A stretch of 32,000 bases of DNA from Trichodesmium erythraeum IMS101. GTDB taxonomy: Bacteria > Cyanobacteriota > Cyanobacteriia > Cyanobacteriales > Microcoleaceae. Positions 1-10,028 of this stretch are shown here, in pieces. Numbering within the stretch: position 1 is the first letter of the stretch; every line of letters starts with the position of its first letter. The notes under the pieces are model-generated. The model had not been told where the DNA came from and searched no databases. It saw nothing but the letters and a program-made list of their open reading frames with translations. A program made the position numbers and the translations under genes. The stretch lies in assembly GCF_000014265.1 (NCBI RefSeq), contig NC_008312.1, positions 4,500,001-4,532,000 of the forward strand. Direction: 5' to 3'.

Positions 1-271
1 GTTAAAAATAAGCTAATAAGTTTGGGTGTAGAAAGGGTTATTATTAAACAATCTTAATCAAGTATATAATAATTACACATTGGCTATACCTGATAAATAA
101 ATTCAATTAGCTTTTAATCTGCTAGTTATTAAGATTTAAAAAATATAGATTGAGCTCTTAAAATATCAAAAAATTAGCATAACTTCTTTGCACTTGCTTC
201 TATCCATCTGGGTTATTTTAACAGTAAAGTCTATTTATAATATAGAATGATAGAGAAATTACTATTTAATA

Positions 272-676
272 TTGAGTAAACTTACATTTATGAACCCTGA
301 TGATCTAACCCAAATAATGCAAAAAGCATTCCGTACTACCCTAGGTGCAACCTCCTTTTTCATGGAAACTTTGCAAGACTCTAGTAAGCGGGATGAAAAT
401 TTGAATAAATTAAATTCTGATTTTAATCAACTAACTGAGGAGTGGGCTGAAAGAGGTGAGATGACTGAGCAGGAAGCTCGAAGCTTTGTTGATATAATTT
501 TGAATCAACAAAATACTCAAGCCAATACTGATAGCACAACTGTTTCTTCCAGCCCTAATTCTGCTTCGGGTTTGGCACAATCAGATATACAAAGAGATTT
601 ATTAGAGCTAACTCAAGAAATAGCTAACCTACGGAATGATTTACAACAATCTCAAGAGTTAGACTCTCAGAACTAA
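272..676 (+). CDS. Hypothetical protein, 134 aa (128 aa if ATG 290 is used); Gln/Asp/Glu-rich, no family recognised
   Basis: Uninterrupted ORF in the track. TTG at 272, first ATG at 290. No catalytic or binding motif recognisable by eye. Confidence 0.45.
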   Translation: MSKLTFMNPDDLTQIMQKAFRTTLGATSFFMETLQDSSKRDENLNKLNSDFNQLTEEWAERGEMTEQEARSFVDIILNQQNTQANTDSTTVSSSPNSASGLAQSDIQRDLLELTQEIANLRNDLQQSQELDSQN

Positions 677-831
677 AGTTTTTCTTAAATTTTTGGAAAT
701 AAAAAAATATCTGGAACATTATAGGATTCTAATCTATATTTATCTTATTTTCTTATTAAGTTCTGAAAAAGTAGGATAAATCATAGTATCTAACCTAGAT
801 AAAATATAGTTTAACTAGGTTAGATTTTTAT

Positions 832-1062
832 TTAGTCGTTGTCCCATTTTTCTCTGCCTATTAGGTCACCAATTCGGTCCCTAAGTAGAAAGTCACATTC
901 TTCTAATTCACATTCTACACAAGCCCATTCTCTGGCCGGAATATATCGACACAGAGTATAAATAGGCTGCTGACGACTGAGAACTCCTTTATGTACAAGT
1001 TCTAGTGCTTCGTCCCTGATAATGTCTAAAGAATATTGAATTGTGGTGTAAGTCATGGTCAC
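832..1062 (-). CDS. Small hypothetical protein, 76 aa, Cys-containing (LCRYIPAREWACVECELEEC); resembles small conserved cyanobacterial proteins, family not verifiable here
   Basis: Intact ATG-initiated ORF with non-low-complexity sequence. The family assignment (possibly a cyanobacterial DUF) is from memory only. Confidence 0.5.
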   Translation of the reverse strand: MTMTYTTIQYSLDIIRDEALELVHKGVLSRQQPIYTLCRYIPAREWACVECELEECDFLLRDRIGDLIGREKWDND

Positions 1063-1364
1063 CCTCTTGGCCTAGCTTAAGTAATTTTCTGCGCTACGGT
1101 ACTATTTATAATATAATGCAAAATTTGTAATTATGAACATTAAATTTGTCAGTATATATAGTTACAATTTTTTATCTTGTTTTGATAAGAATTTTAAAAG
1201 TAAGAATGCCAACACATTACATTACATTTAGTGTTGTCTAAATTACAGTTATGTGCTAATAAAATTGTAACTATAAGGTAGTAGCTAATAATCTAAACTT
1301 TCCCAGCCTTCTTACCTGAAATCATCATCTGGCCCATATAAGTTTAATTTTGTTTAATCAAAAA

Positions 1365-2900
1365 TTAGGTGATATTTTTTGATATTTTAGACAGATACTT
1401 GTGAATCTTTAAATATAAAGATCCAGATAGCTTTGGGGCTTTTAGTATTTGTCCATAACAGAAGATATAAGATCTCTCTGATAATATTTCTGGGGAAAAC
1501 CTTTTCAATGTTTACTGACTACTGTATATGATTATACCTTATAGTTTGCCATTTCTTAATAATCTCTTCATGAAATCCTCTGCTACTTGTGTTAGACTAA
1601 TTTTTTGTCCAAAACAATGACCATCAATATATCAATGAGAAGTAAAGGTTCTGATAACCTGAGAAATAAGTGTTAAGAAGTATATCCTGTACAAATGCTA
1701 AATTACGTAAATGATGATTATCTGTACTTGGAGTCAGATAACTTCCTTCTACTTGAATAGAGCCTGGCAAAATTTGAGCAACACTTTCTTTTCTTGTGCC
1801 GAATTCGCTAAATTTTTAACTAAATTGTATGTAGGAGCTAAGAAATAATCTGGTATGTTTTCATTTCCAGGTTGCTAGGTAGGAAAAACCTTGATTTTAG
1901 CTTACCAAATTCTCTGCAAAGATTTATCAATTCGTAATTCAGAAATACGGCCTGGAGCCACCGCGTCACAAACAGTATTAATTGTCTGCTCAGGATCTAC
2001 AGGCATACTTAAAATATCTGCATTAGGCAAACCATAAAAATTAGCGATCGCCCCCATAACCAAAACATCAGTCACAACTAATTCACCAAAACCCAACTTT
2101 TAGCGCAACTGACCCATAATAATTTTGTGGAGTAAACTTACTGATATTTTTCGTCCTTGCTCAGGATCAACAAATGGTTACTCATCACAGAATCTATCTC
2201 TGAAGCGCTCGCCTTCACAAAAGGAGATAATTCAACTGTTACCAATCTACTTTCCGAGTGAGATATAACTGGTAAATTAAAATGAGAATCAACTGTCGTA
2301 TCCCCATGACTAGGAAAATATTTAGCCGTGGTCAACCCTGGATATTTTTGAGCGCCTCAAAGAAAAACTCTTGAGAATTGACCAACCGAAGCCGTCGTTT
2401 CTCCAAAAGCTCGAATATTAATGACTGGGTTATCAGGATTATTATTTACATCTACCACTGGAGCCAATACCAATTCCAACCAATAGCCACAGCTTCTTGA
2501 GCTGTAATAGCTCCCATAGTTTCAGCATAACTGTTGGGCTCTTCTTTCAGATCAGTTTGAACAATAGTAGCGATCACCATTAGTGGAGGAAACTAAGTTA
2601 CCCCAGAAAGCCTTTTAGCAACTCCTTTCTGAACATCAGCAGCTAACAGCAAAGGAATTTTTGCCCTATACTAAATTTCTTGGATAGGAGTTACCAAGTC
2701 TATAGCACTTCCACCCGCAAAAACTACCTCTCTAATGCCCAAGTCTTCTACCCAAAATGAAAGCTTGCTTTAATGCCCAAGTCTTCTATCCAAAATGAAA
2801 GCTTGCTTTTCGGGAGATCTCAGTCTGAATAATGAATTTGATAGTCAAACCAATAGCCAGAGGCCATCAATGCGGCCATAGGATCAACTTTTTATGCTAA
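1365..2900 (-). pseudogene. Decayed glycoside hydrolase family 3 gene (NagZ / beta-glucosidase-related glycosidase type)
   Basis: Minus-strand translation gives GH3 blocks spread over three frames: MAALMASGYWFDYQIHY, AKIPLLLAADVQKGV, MGAITAQEAVAIG, LAPVVDVNNNPDNPVINIRAFGET, TTAKYFPSHGDTTVDSHFNLPV (GH3 K-H-F-P-G-H-G-D region), GFGELVVTDVLVMGAI, MPVDPEQTINTVCDAVAPGRISELRIDKSLQRIW, and a C-terminal YIFCYGQ block ending at TAA 1365-1367. The blocks are separated by multiple stops and frameshifts. The 5' limit is approximate. Confidence 0.75.
2734..2809. repeat. 38-bp tandem duplication (x2, 1 mismatch) inside the GH3 pseudogene
   Basis: AATGCCCAAGTCTTCTA(C/T)CCAAAATGAAAGCTTGCTTT at 2734-2771 and 2772-2809. 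The length is not a multiple of 3, so it is itself a frameshifting lesion. Confidence 0.9.
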
Positions 2901-2935
2901 ATTCATAGTTTAGTAATGGATAATTTAAGAATTAT

Positions 2936-3355
2936 TTACTCTATTGTGTCTTGGTGGGACTCTTTATGGGTAATGTCTTCTATTTCCTGTTGTTGTCGTT
3001 CTTGAGAAAGCTTATTTAAAAGTGATAAAATTTCTGTCCCACGCTCTAGAGAACGGTCTTCAACAAAGATAACTTCTGGAGTTCTACGCATACGTATTCT
3101 TTTACCCAATTCACTTCGGACATATCCAGTTGCAGACCTTAAACCTGCCATAGTTTGCGATCTTACTTCGTCAGATCCATAGATACTTACAAATACTTTA
3201 GCATGTTGTAAGTCTCCAGAAACATCTACATCTGTGACGCTGACCATACCAATGCCTACGCGGTTATCTTTGATACCATGGAGCAACATCTGGCTGATTT
3301 CTTGCTTGATTAATGAAGCAATCCGGGAAATGCGACGAGCTATAGCCATAATCAT
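2936..3355 (-). CDS. rbfA: Ribosome-binding factor A
   Basis: N-terminus M(IM)[57 protein letters not shown] is a typical RbfA sequence. The start could be 3355 or 3349. Confidence 0.9.
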   Translation of the reverse strand: MIMAIARRISRIASLIKQEISQMLLHGIKDNRVGIGMVSVTDVDVSGDLQHAKVFVSIYGSDEVRSQTMAGLRSATGYVRSELGKRIRMRRTPEVIFVEDRSLERGTEILSLLNKLSQERQQQEIEDITHKESHQDTIE

Positions 3356-3595
3356 TACCCTCTATAATTTTATACTAACCATATTCATTTTAATACTTTA
3401 TGCTCGTTCTACAAAGATTTTATTTAAACTCCATTCTAGCAGGCAAGGTTTTCTTCAATGTTTGCAATTCATGTACTTATAATCTGCTGTATAAACTTTT
3501 GATTCCTTGACTTACTCACCCCTCAATTATAGCATTGGCTAATAATATTATTAAAGCAATAAGATATAACACAAAACAAATGTGGAGATAAATAA

Positions 3596-3877
3596 ATGGA
3601 AACAGAATTTTTGATTGGCCAGAAAGTCAGACTAGTAGGTCAACCACCATACATTAAAACTGCTGAATCAATGCCGATATTACGTCCTCCTAATGTAGTG
3701 CGTAATGGTGAAGTAGGAACTGTTTTAAGTTGTAAACCAGGAAATTACTGGGCTGTTCGTTTTGAGAAAGGAGCATTTCTCATAGAAAGTCAATATATAG
3801 AAGATGCATCAGTTGATTCGGGAACTTCTAAGCCAAATAATACTGATGAAGATAGTGAAGTTACATTTAAGTGTTAG
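3596..3877 (+). CDS. DUF3148 / SipA-like small protein (NblS-interacting regulator; also annotated as NDH assembly family protein)
   Basis: GQKVRLVGQPPYIKTAESMPILRPPNVVRNGEVGTVLSCKPGNYWAVRFEKGAFLIESQYIE matches the pattern I recall for this family (VRL..PPYLKTA.PMPMLRP...GE.G.V....G.WAVRF..G.FL). A GGAG lies 9 nt upstream of the ATG. Confidence 0.55.
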   Translation: METEFLIGQKVRLVGQPPYIKTAESMPILRPPNVVRNGEVGTVLSCKPGNYWAVRFEKGAFLIESQYIEDASVDSGTSKPNNTDEDSEVTFKC

Positions 3878-4075
3878 AGAATTGAAAGATATTGAGGTTG
3901 ATATCCTCCTGACGCTGCTATAGGTAAGAAGATATGATTCCCTCAAATCAACCATGGGGATTTTTGCTTCATCACATCTGCTTTCTGACACTTGCTGTTC
4001 AGTGCTTAATAATTACAAACCTAAAAGCATGAGGTTTAGAAATCTCTCTGTGTCGAAGTTCCTGTCAGGCAGAAC

Positions 4076-4615
4076 TTAATTAAATAGTTTTCCTAAATTA
4101 CCTATAGTATCTTTAAGTTTTTCTACAATTTCGTTGATTTTACCAACGTCGATATGCATTTCTTCGGTAGGATATTTTTCGAGAATTTCTAGGACTGATA
4201 TTCGGTTATCATCTGCTGCTGCTAGGATAATAGCAGAACGTAAGGCTTTGTCACTTTCATAGTTGTGTTTCGTTTGAAGTACTTCAGCGACACCTTTTGT
4301 TACATTTTGACCTAGGTTACTATACAGAACTTTGGCTAGGTTCGTCACACCTGCTCCTACTTCTAATGTCATTAATCCACGAACTGTATTAGGGTTAACT
4401 TTTGATATGGCTAGAGCTTGAGAAATTGTTTTGGTAGTTTCACCAGTTTCTGCAAATAGTCGTAGATCCTTAACTTTTATGGATGCTTTTATTGGCCCAG
4501 CTATATCTATGACGATTTTGCTGGTTGCGATCGCTCTTTGATGAGAGAGCATAACTCCAGCGAGGGCGCCCAAGATAATTAATGGACTACGGGACAGCAA
4601 ATTTTGTAATTGCAT
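4076..4615 (-). CDS. DUF1400-like protein with N-terminal signal/anchor, 179 aa
   Basis: Hydrophobic N-terminus (LIILGALAGVML). The block ALRSAIILAAADDNRISVLEILEKYPTEEMHIDVGK resembles the cyanobacterial DUF1400 domain as I remember it. Not verifiable without an HMM search. Confidence 0.45.
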   Translation of the reverse strand: MQLQNLLSRSPLIILGALAGVMLSHQRAIATSKIVIDIAGPIKASIKVKDLRLFAETGETTKTISQALAISKVNPNTVRGLMTLEVGAGVTNLAKVLYSNLGQNVTKGVAEVLQTKHNYESDKALRSAIILAAADDNRISVLEILEKYPTEEMHIDVGKINEIVEKLKDTIGNLGKLFN

Positions 4616-6528
4616 GGTTAATATTGAGTTAGATTTTAATCTAAGCTTTTAGATACAAATTTCTGGATAATTTGTCAACCTATTTTTTATTAGACTAATT
4701 TTATTAACTTAGGGCATATCATCAGTTTAAAGTTTGACAAAATTAGCATTGTATGCTTTAGGTCGATGGCGATCGCTATGCTAATAAAATGACTGAGGCA
4801 ACATTAAAAAATTCCTCCGGTGAAAGTTTACGAAACCCTTGTCATATTGCAAGCATCTCTCTGAGGAAGACCTGAGGGAACGCAACGCTTTTAATTTTTT
4901 ACTTGAGCGCAGAAATTTTCTATGAGATAGGGTGTTTTTTACAATATCTGATGGTAGTTATGGAGTTCACTCCCAGTTTTTTTTAGAGGTAATTATTAAT
5001 CATACTCCTCTGTTAGTTAAAAACCGAATTTCCCGTTAAACTAAATTTCCCGAAACTTACATAAGGGTTATTGCATAAGCTTTAGAGCTAGCTTCGGTGT
5101 TTTACCGATATACCACTGACCGCAGTCTATAACTTATTTTCAAGAGTAGGCTTCAAACTGCCAGGAAACTCAAGCTAATTATTTATATGGTTTTTGCTAA
5201 TTACTCATACTGCTACAATATCGCTATTTATGTGTAAGTTTAAATAAGTATATTAGATTTTTTATTTAACTTTCAAGTCCCCTTAAAAACTTTGGTTTGG
5301 CTCGCTTTTCACAATAACTAATCCTAAGCTTGTTTGCATAGTACTACGGTTTTTTTCAAGGTTTCAAGCACGAATGCATAATTGGTGGGGTAGGACATTT
5401 TGCGTCTGTCCTATTGTAGTGCAAAGTTTGCCTCCCCCAGTGACTTTAGCTTTTGACACTCGGAACACTAGCTCTTCAAATTTATTTCTTTGCCTATTTA
5501 ACTTTAAACAATAGTTTATGCTGGCTTCCCTTGAGAGACATGTTTTGAGAAAAACTCAGGTTTACTTGAAAAAAGTGGGCTGGACTTACTATTTAAAAAT
5601 AAGTGTAGGGTTTTGATTATATTTATGGCTGATTTATTATCACAATAATTATAATTTGTCAAGTAAATTTATATTTAACTGTATTATCCCAACTATTGTG
5701 AAATGCCATATTAAAATACTGGAAAAAAAAATTACCAGATTAATATTGCTTATCAGTTGTTTTTGTGACCGCTATAGTGTATAATTTCAACTCAGTTTCT
5801 TACAGCCGTTTTTTCTGAAAAACTAAAATTGTAGGTATGGCCAAATAAATTATTTGTGACTGGGTTGAATTTAATCAATATATATAACTGTTTTGACTTA
5901 AGTAAAATTTACTGATTAACTCTCAAGGAATTGAATCTTCAAGGTAAGTAGCTTTTTTGTTTGTGTTGAAAAAGTAAAAGCTTTTTAGCTCCACTGACCT
6001 CACACACAAAAAGTATTTTAGCCATTTCCATGACAGAAGGCCGCAAGAAACAAACATATTCGACTGCCTCCTGATTAATCACCATTTCGACCTAGGAACT
6101 TTGTATGTAAGATATCTACTTACTCCTGAGTTCTACCCAAACATAATCATTATTTCTCAGCAAGCTCTAAGGAGTTAATTTAATTACTAGCAACAATTCA
6201 TGTATTGAAAAAATTATAAAGTTATCTCTACCAAAATATCAAAGTTGAGAAAGTCACAATACTTTTATAGATGTGGTGTCATTTCAATTATTAGTTATCA
6301 GGGTAATTTATGTAACCAACTTGATAGCCCCTTGCCTAATCATCAGCCTGAAAATTTCTGGGTTTAATTATTATTTATTCCCATAGATAATTCCAAATCG
6401 GCCATAAAAATTTTCTGAAATTGCTCAATATACTAGCTATTTCAGCAAGCATATTTAGGTTGAAAAAGATACTAAATGGATTCTATATCTTTTTTCTAAA
6501 TGCCTTTGTTTTAATAAACCTTAATAAC

Positions 6529-7350
6529 ATGAAACAAAAGAAGTCATCCTTCAAGTTAAGTAGTAAAATCTTAGGACATTTACTATGTTATCTTGCCATA
6601 TTTGCACCGAATGCTTACTCTCAAACCAAAGTAGAAAATTCAGCTTATTACACAAAACCTAGTGCAGTAGAATCACAACAGTCTCCATTATTAATATCCA
6701 ACATAGCCCAACAAGTTACGGTAAGAATTTTTACAGACAATAGTGCTGGTTCTGGAGTAATCATCAAACAGAAAGGTAACACCTACACTGTTGTCACAAA
6801 TCATCATGTAATTGAGAACAACTCGAATAAATTGTATCGAATTATAAGTGGAGATGGGATAACTCATAAAGCTGCCCTAGTTTATACTCCTCAAATAGGT
6901 AATTTGGATGTAGCGTTATTAGAATTTACTAGCGATCGCCCCTATCAAGTAGTAGAAATAGTAAAAACCAATCAACTCTTAGTAGGAGAAACTGTTTTTG
7001 CTGCTGGTTTTCCTAACTGGTATCAACCTGACTCTTTAGAAATAAGTAGTACCCTTGCTTGGGGTAGTCGAGCTTTTCAATTAACAGTAGGGTCTGTAGA
7101 AATGCTAACCAGTCGCACCCTCAGCCAAGGATATCAATTAGGTTATACCAATGATATTAAAAGTGGCATGAGTGGTGGACCGATTTTAAATAGCAAAGGT
7201 CAGTTAATTGGTATTAACGGACGGTCAAAATATCCCATTGCTGGAATTGGAGCATTTCGTTTTATAGATGGCTCTCGACCATCCATTGAGCAATTCAAAA
7301 AAATGGAATCTTTAAGTTGGGGAATTCCAGCTTCTAGAATCAGCAATTAA
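6529..7350 (+). CDS. Secreted trypsin-like (S1/S1C) serine protease
   Basis: Catalytic triad contexts are present: TNHHV (His), LDVALLEF (Asp), GMSGGPILN (Ser). The signal peptide MKQKKSSFKLSSKILGHLLCYLAIFAPNAYSQ begins at ATG 6529; the track ORF starts further upstream at TTG 6421. Confidence 0.8.
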   Translation: MKQKKSSFKLSSKILGHLLCYLAIFAPNAYSQTKVENSAYYTKPSAVESQQSPLLISNIAQQVTVRIFTDNSAGSGVIIKQKGNTYTVVTNHHVIENNSNKLYRIISGDGITHKAALVYTPQIGNLDVALLEFTSDRPYQVVEIVKTNQLLVGETVFAAGFPNWYQPDSLEISSTLAWGSRAFQLTVGSVEMLTSRTLSQGYQLGYTNDIKSGMSGGPILNSKGQLIGINGRSKYPIAGIGAFRFIDGSRPSIEQFKKMESLSWGIPASRISN

Positions 7351-7367
7351 CTCACAATTAATACTGG

Positions 7368-7715
7368 TTAAAAGTCTGTAGCAAAAGAATTCCATTTTTC
7401 TTCAAACCATACTTTCTCTCTTTTCCATCTAGCATCTCTATTGTTCTGCATTTGTAGATTAATATTATTTGTTACCTCATCTAGCTCGCCTTGAGATAGC
7501 CCATATCTACTTCTAGTTGTTGTAGATTCTTGAGTTAAGCCAATACTTTTATCCCTTGAAAAACTATTAGCATTGTTACTCAATAATTTTTCTGAGGGAC
7601 TAATATTATTAGTTGCTGGTTTTTCTTGAGCTTTTGCCGGATTAGCAGTTAAGCTAACAGTGAAAAACATTGTTATTGTTGCAGTAAATAAAGTTGAAGT
7701 AGTTATAATTTTCAT
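7368..7715 (-). CDS. Hypothetical secreted protein, 115 aa
   Basis: Intact ORF with a clear signal peptide (MKIITTSTLFTATITMFFTVSLTANPAKAQ). The remainder is polar with no recognisable family. Confidence 0.5.
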   Translation of the reverse strand: MKIITTSTLFTATITMFFTVSLTANPAKAQEKPATNNISPSEKLLSNNANSFSRDKSIGLTQESTTTRSRYGLSQGELDEVTNNINLQMQNNRDARWKREKVWFEEKWNSFATDF

Positions 7716-8878
7716 GGCTTTCCTTTTAGTAATTAATTGAAATACTTGAACAAATAAATTAATGCTTAAGCATCATTTGATTATACCATCAATTAACTAT
7801 ATTATAGTAGTATGCCTTGAGTTTAAAAATAATTTTGATAGTTGATATAATTTGGTTCTAAATTTATTTCTCAAGTTTATTTTTAAAGTTGTTAAAACAG
7901 ACACAAACTTAAATAATAGTAAGTTATTAGTGTCTGATAAAATTATCTGTGAACTATCTACAAATTTTGATTAATTATTCCCCAGATTCATATATTTCAG
8001 AGATAATTTTACTTCCCTATCTGAAGAATGAAAGGTTGAGGTTGCTTTAAGGCAAGATGTTGTAGGCGCTTATGTTGAAGAAAAACGAGTAGGAGCTATT
8101 TTTTTAAGAAAGGATGCGATTTTATAGCATTTCTCAAGTTACTGAGGTACATTTTTTTTTCTTCTTTTCTATAGTCTGTTTTCTTTGCTTACTACTCTTT
8201 AAGGAACGTTACATACAGCTTTTTTACTAAAAAAAATAAATTTTGTACTTCAACAGTGTGAAAATTGATATACACAAGGTTTAAGATTACTATAGCAATC
8301 GGATCAAACGGTTGTAAAAATTCAAAAACTAGAAGTAAACTCCGAAACTTTTGCTTATTGCCCCTACTTCTCCAAACCTATTTCTAAAAAGCAGTCATAT
8401 TTTGGATATAAATAAAATAAGATTGCTATAGTTTTAGACACTATTCCAGTCAAATTAATAGCGATATAATAAGACCAATTCTCATGTATTAATGCTAACT
8501 TTTTGTCAAACTTCAGTTATTAAATAATTAACACAAATAGAATAAACTTTTTGCAGGATAAAAGCGCTTGTTAATGTTAATTATCCTTATATTGTAGGGA
8601 CGCCTTTATGCAAAACTCCTTCTCCTCTTGAGAAGGGTTAGGGGTTAGTTTCCCTTTACCATCCCGTCAGGGTTAGGAGTGGGTATCCTGTTCAACAGTC
8701 AAGTTGAAAAGTTGTTGAAAAGTTTTTGATAAATGGTATAAGACCTTTGTAGCGATGCATCTATCTTACCCAAAGGTGTACCTCACCCTTGATGAAATTT
8801 GCTATAAGTTAATAAAAAGAAGTGAAGAGGGAAGATTTATTCCCTTAGTTATTCCCTCAACACTTATATTCAAATAAC

Positions 8879-9457
8879 TTATTCGTAGATAGGCTCGTCA
8901 CTAGCAGTACCTTGTCCGAAATCCTTAAATTGAGTGAGAATTTCTTCTGATTTTTCACGATTTTCTGGCTTTAAAGTGAAGACTACATTATCAAAGCTAG
9001 GCTCTTCTTCTGGGGAAACATAGACCACTTGCTCATAATTGACGACACCAATTTGACTGATATCTGCGAAAGTTGTCATCCCTAGGGCATAAGCAAGGTT
9101 AGTTAGACGAGTGCTAACGGATTGACAACGACGGTCAGGAGTATAGGCACCTTTAGGATGATCAGAAGAAAGAGTTGCAGTCCATACAATCATTGGTTTA
9201 GAGGAAACTTGAATGACTTCTTGTTTCACGAGAGGATATCCACCTAAAAGCCCAGGTTCGCTTGTATCCCTTATTTCACGAACTATTTGAGGAACAGTTG
9301 CATATTGATTTTCTTCAGCGTTAATTGAGACACAAGAGAAAACTACTTTATCCGTAGCTTCCAGTTGTTCTGCTTTTGCTTCCGATTGAGGCATTATACC
9401 CAAGAGACCAACGGTTGCTAAAATACCTGCTAAAGACACTCTTAATTGGTTGTTCAC
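8879..9457 (-). CDS. COP23-like (circadian oscillating protein 23 family) secreted protein
   Basis: Signal peptide, then FSCVS...YATV...PMIVWTAT...YTPDRRCQSVSTRLTN, which matches the conserved Cys/W/YTP..RC..VS.R pattern I recall for COP23-domain proteins. Confidence 0.5.
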   Translation of the reverse strand: MNNQLRVSLAGILATVGLLGIMPQSEAKAEQLEATDKVVFSCVSINAEENQYATVPQIVREIRDTSEPGLLGGYPLVKQEVIQVSSKPMIVWTATLSSDHPKGAYTPDRRCQSVSTRLTNLAYALGMTTFADISQIGVVNYEQVVYVSPEEEPSFDNVVFTLKPENREKSEEILTQFKDFGQGTASDEPIYE

Positions 9458-9971
9458 AATCTTGACCTCTGAACCTAATATTTGCTTTGGCAGAGAAGTT
9501 AACTTATTTCTTCTCTATACTTTTACAGTAGAAGAATTATTAATAGTTGTCAGTAAGAATAAAGTAATATTCAAACGTAAAATTTGTTGAGAAGAAGTGC
9601 TATAAAAGTTAGAAAAAAGTAATATATATTAATTTATTGTCTAATGCTTTACTGTTTTTATGTATCGTTTTTGCTTGAGAGAATTTTAGATATTTATAAA
9701 TACTATTTTAACTGATTTTTTTTGATTTGCAACTTTTAATTTCTAAGTTTCTAGATTAAATAAATCTACATCAAGGTTGTGGCTGAAAAATTATATAAAT
9801 TATATGTACTGTAATCAGTGATGAGTCATAAGTTATCAAAAAATCTAACCCTCCAACCCCCCTTCTGAAGGGCTCTCCTTGTCTAGCAGTCCCCATTATT
9901 TTTAGGACATTCTTGCGCTTCTTAAATTTAGTCCGTGCTGCTAATTTATAACTTCTCCTGAGTTCTGAGTT

Positions 9972-9996
9972 CCCCTCTTAGGGATTTTAAGAGGGG
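9972..9996 (-). terminator. GC-rich 9-bp-stem hairpin 33 nt downstream of the creatininase-family gene stop; possible terminator or small dispersed-repeat remnant
   Basis: CCCCTCTTA (9972-9980) pairs with TAAGAGGGG (9988-9996) around a 7-nt loop. No clean U-run follows on the minus-strand transcript, so terminator function is uncertain. Confidence 0.3.
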
Positions 9997-10028
9997 TTGA
10001 CTTCTGGGTGCTAACTACTCTCTATCCT

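Noticed and set aside
3234-3482. 82-aa plus-strand ORF overlapping rbfA
   Set aside because: It is antisense to a confidently identified gene. The sequence is low-complexity Ile/Leu-rich, as expected from AT-rich antisense frames.
3809-3991. 60-aa minus-strand ORF overlapping the 3' end of the SipA-like gene
   Set aside because: It overlaps a better-supported gene on the opposite strand. It has no motif and no ribosome-binding site.
4789-4930. Short ORF fragments suggesting a frameshifted gene remnant
   Set aside because: I could not assign them to any family by eye. They are reported only as part of the ORF-free-region finding, not as a feature.
8257-8276. TGTGAAAATTGATATACACA as a CRP/NtcA-family binding site
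   Set aside because: Only the left half-site (TGTGA) fits TGTGA-N6-TCACA. The right half is ATATA/CACA with the wrong spacing, and there is no GTA-N8-TAC.
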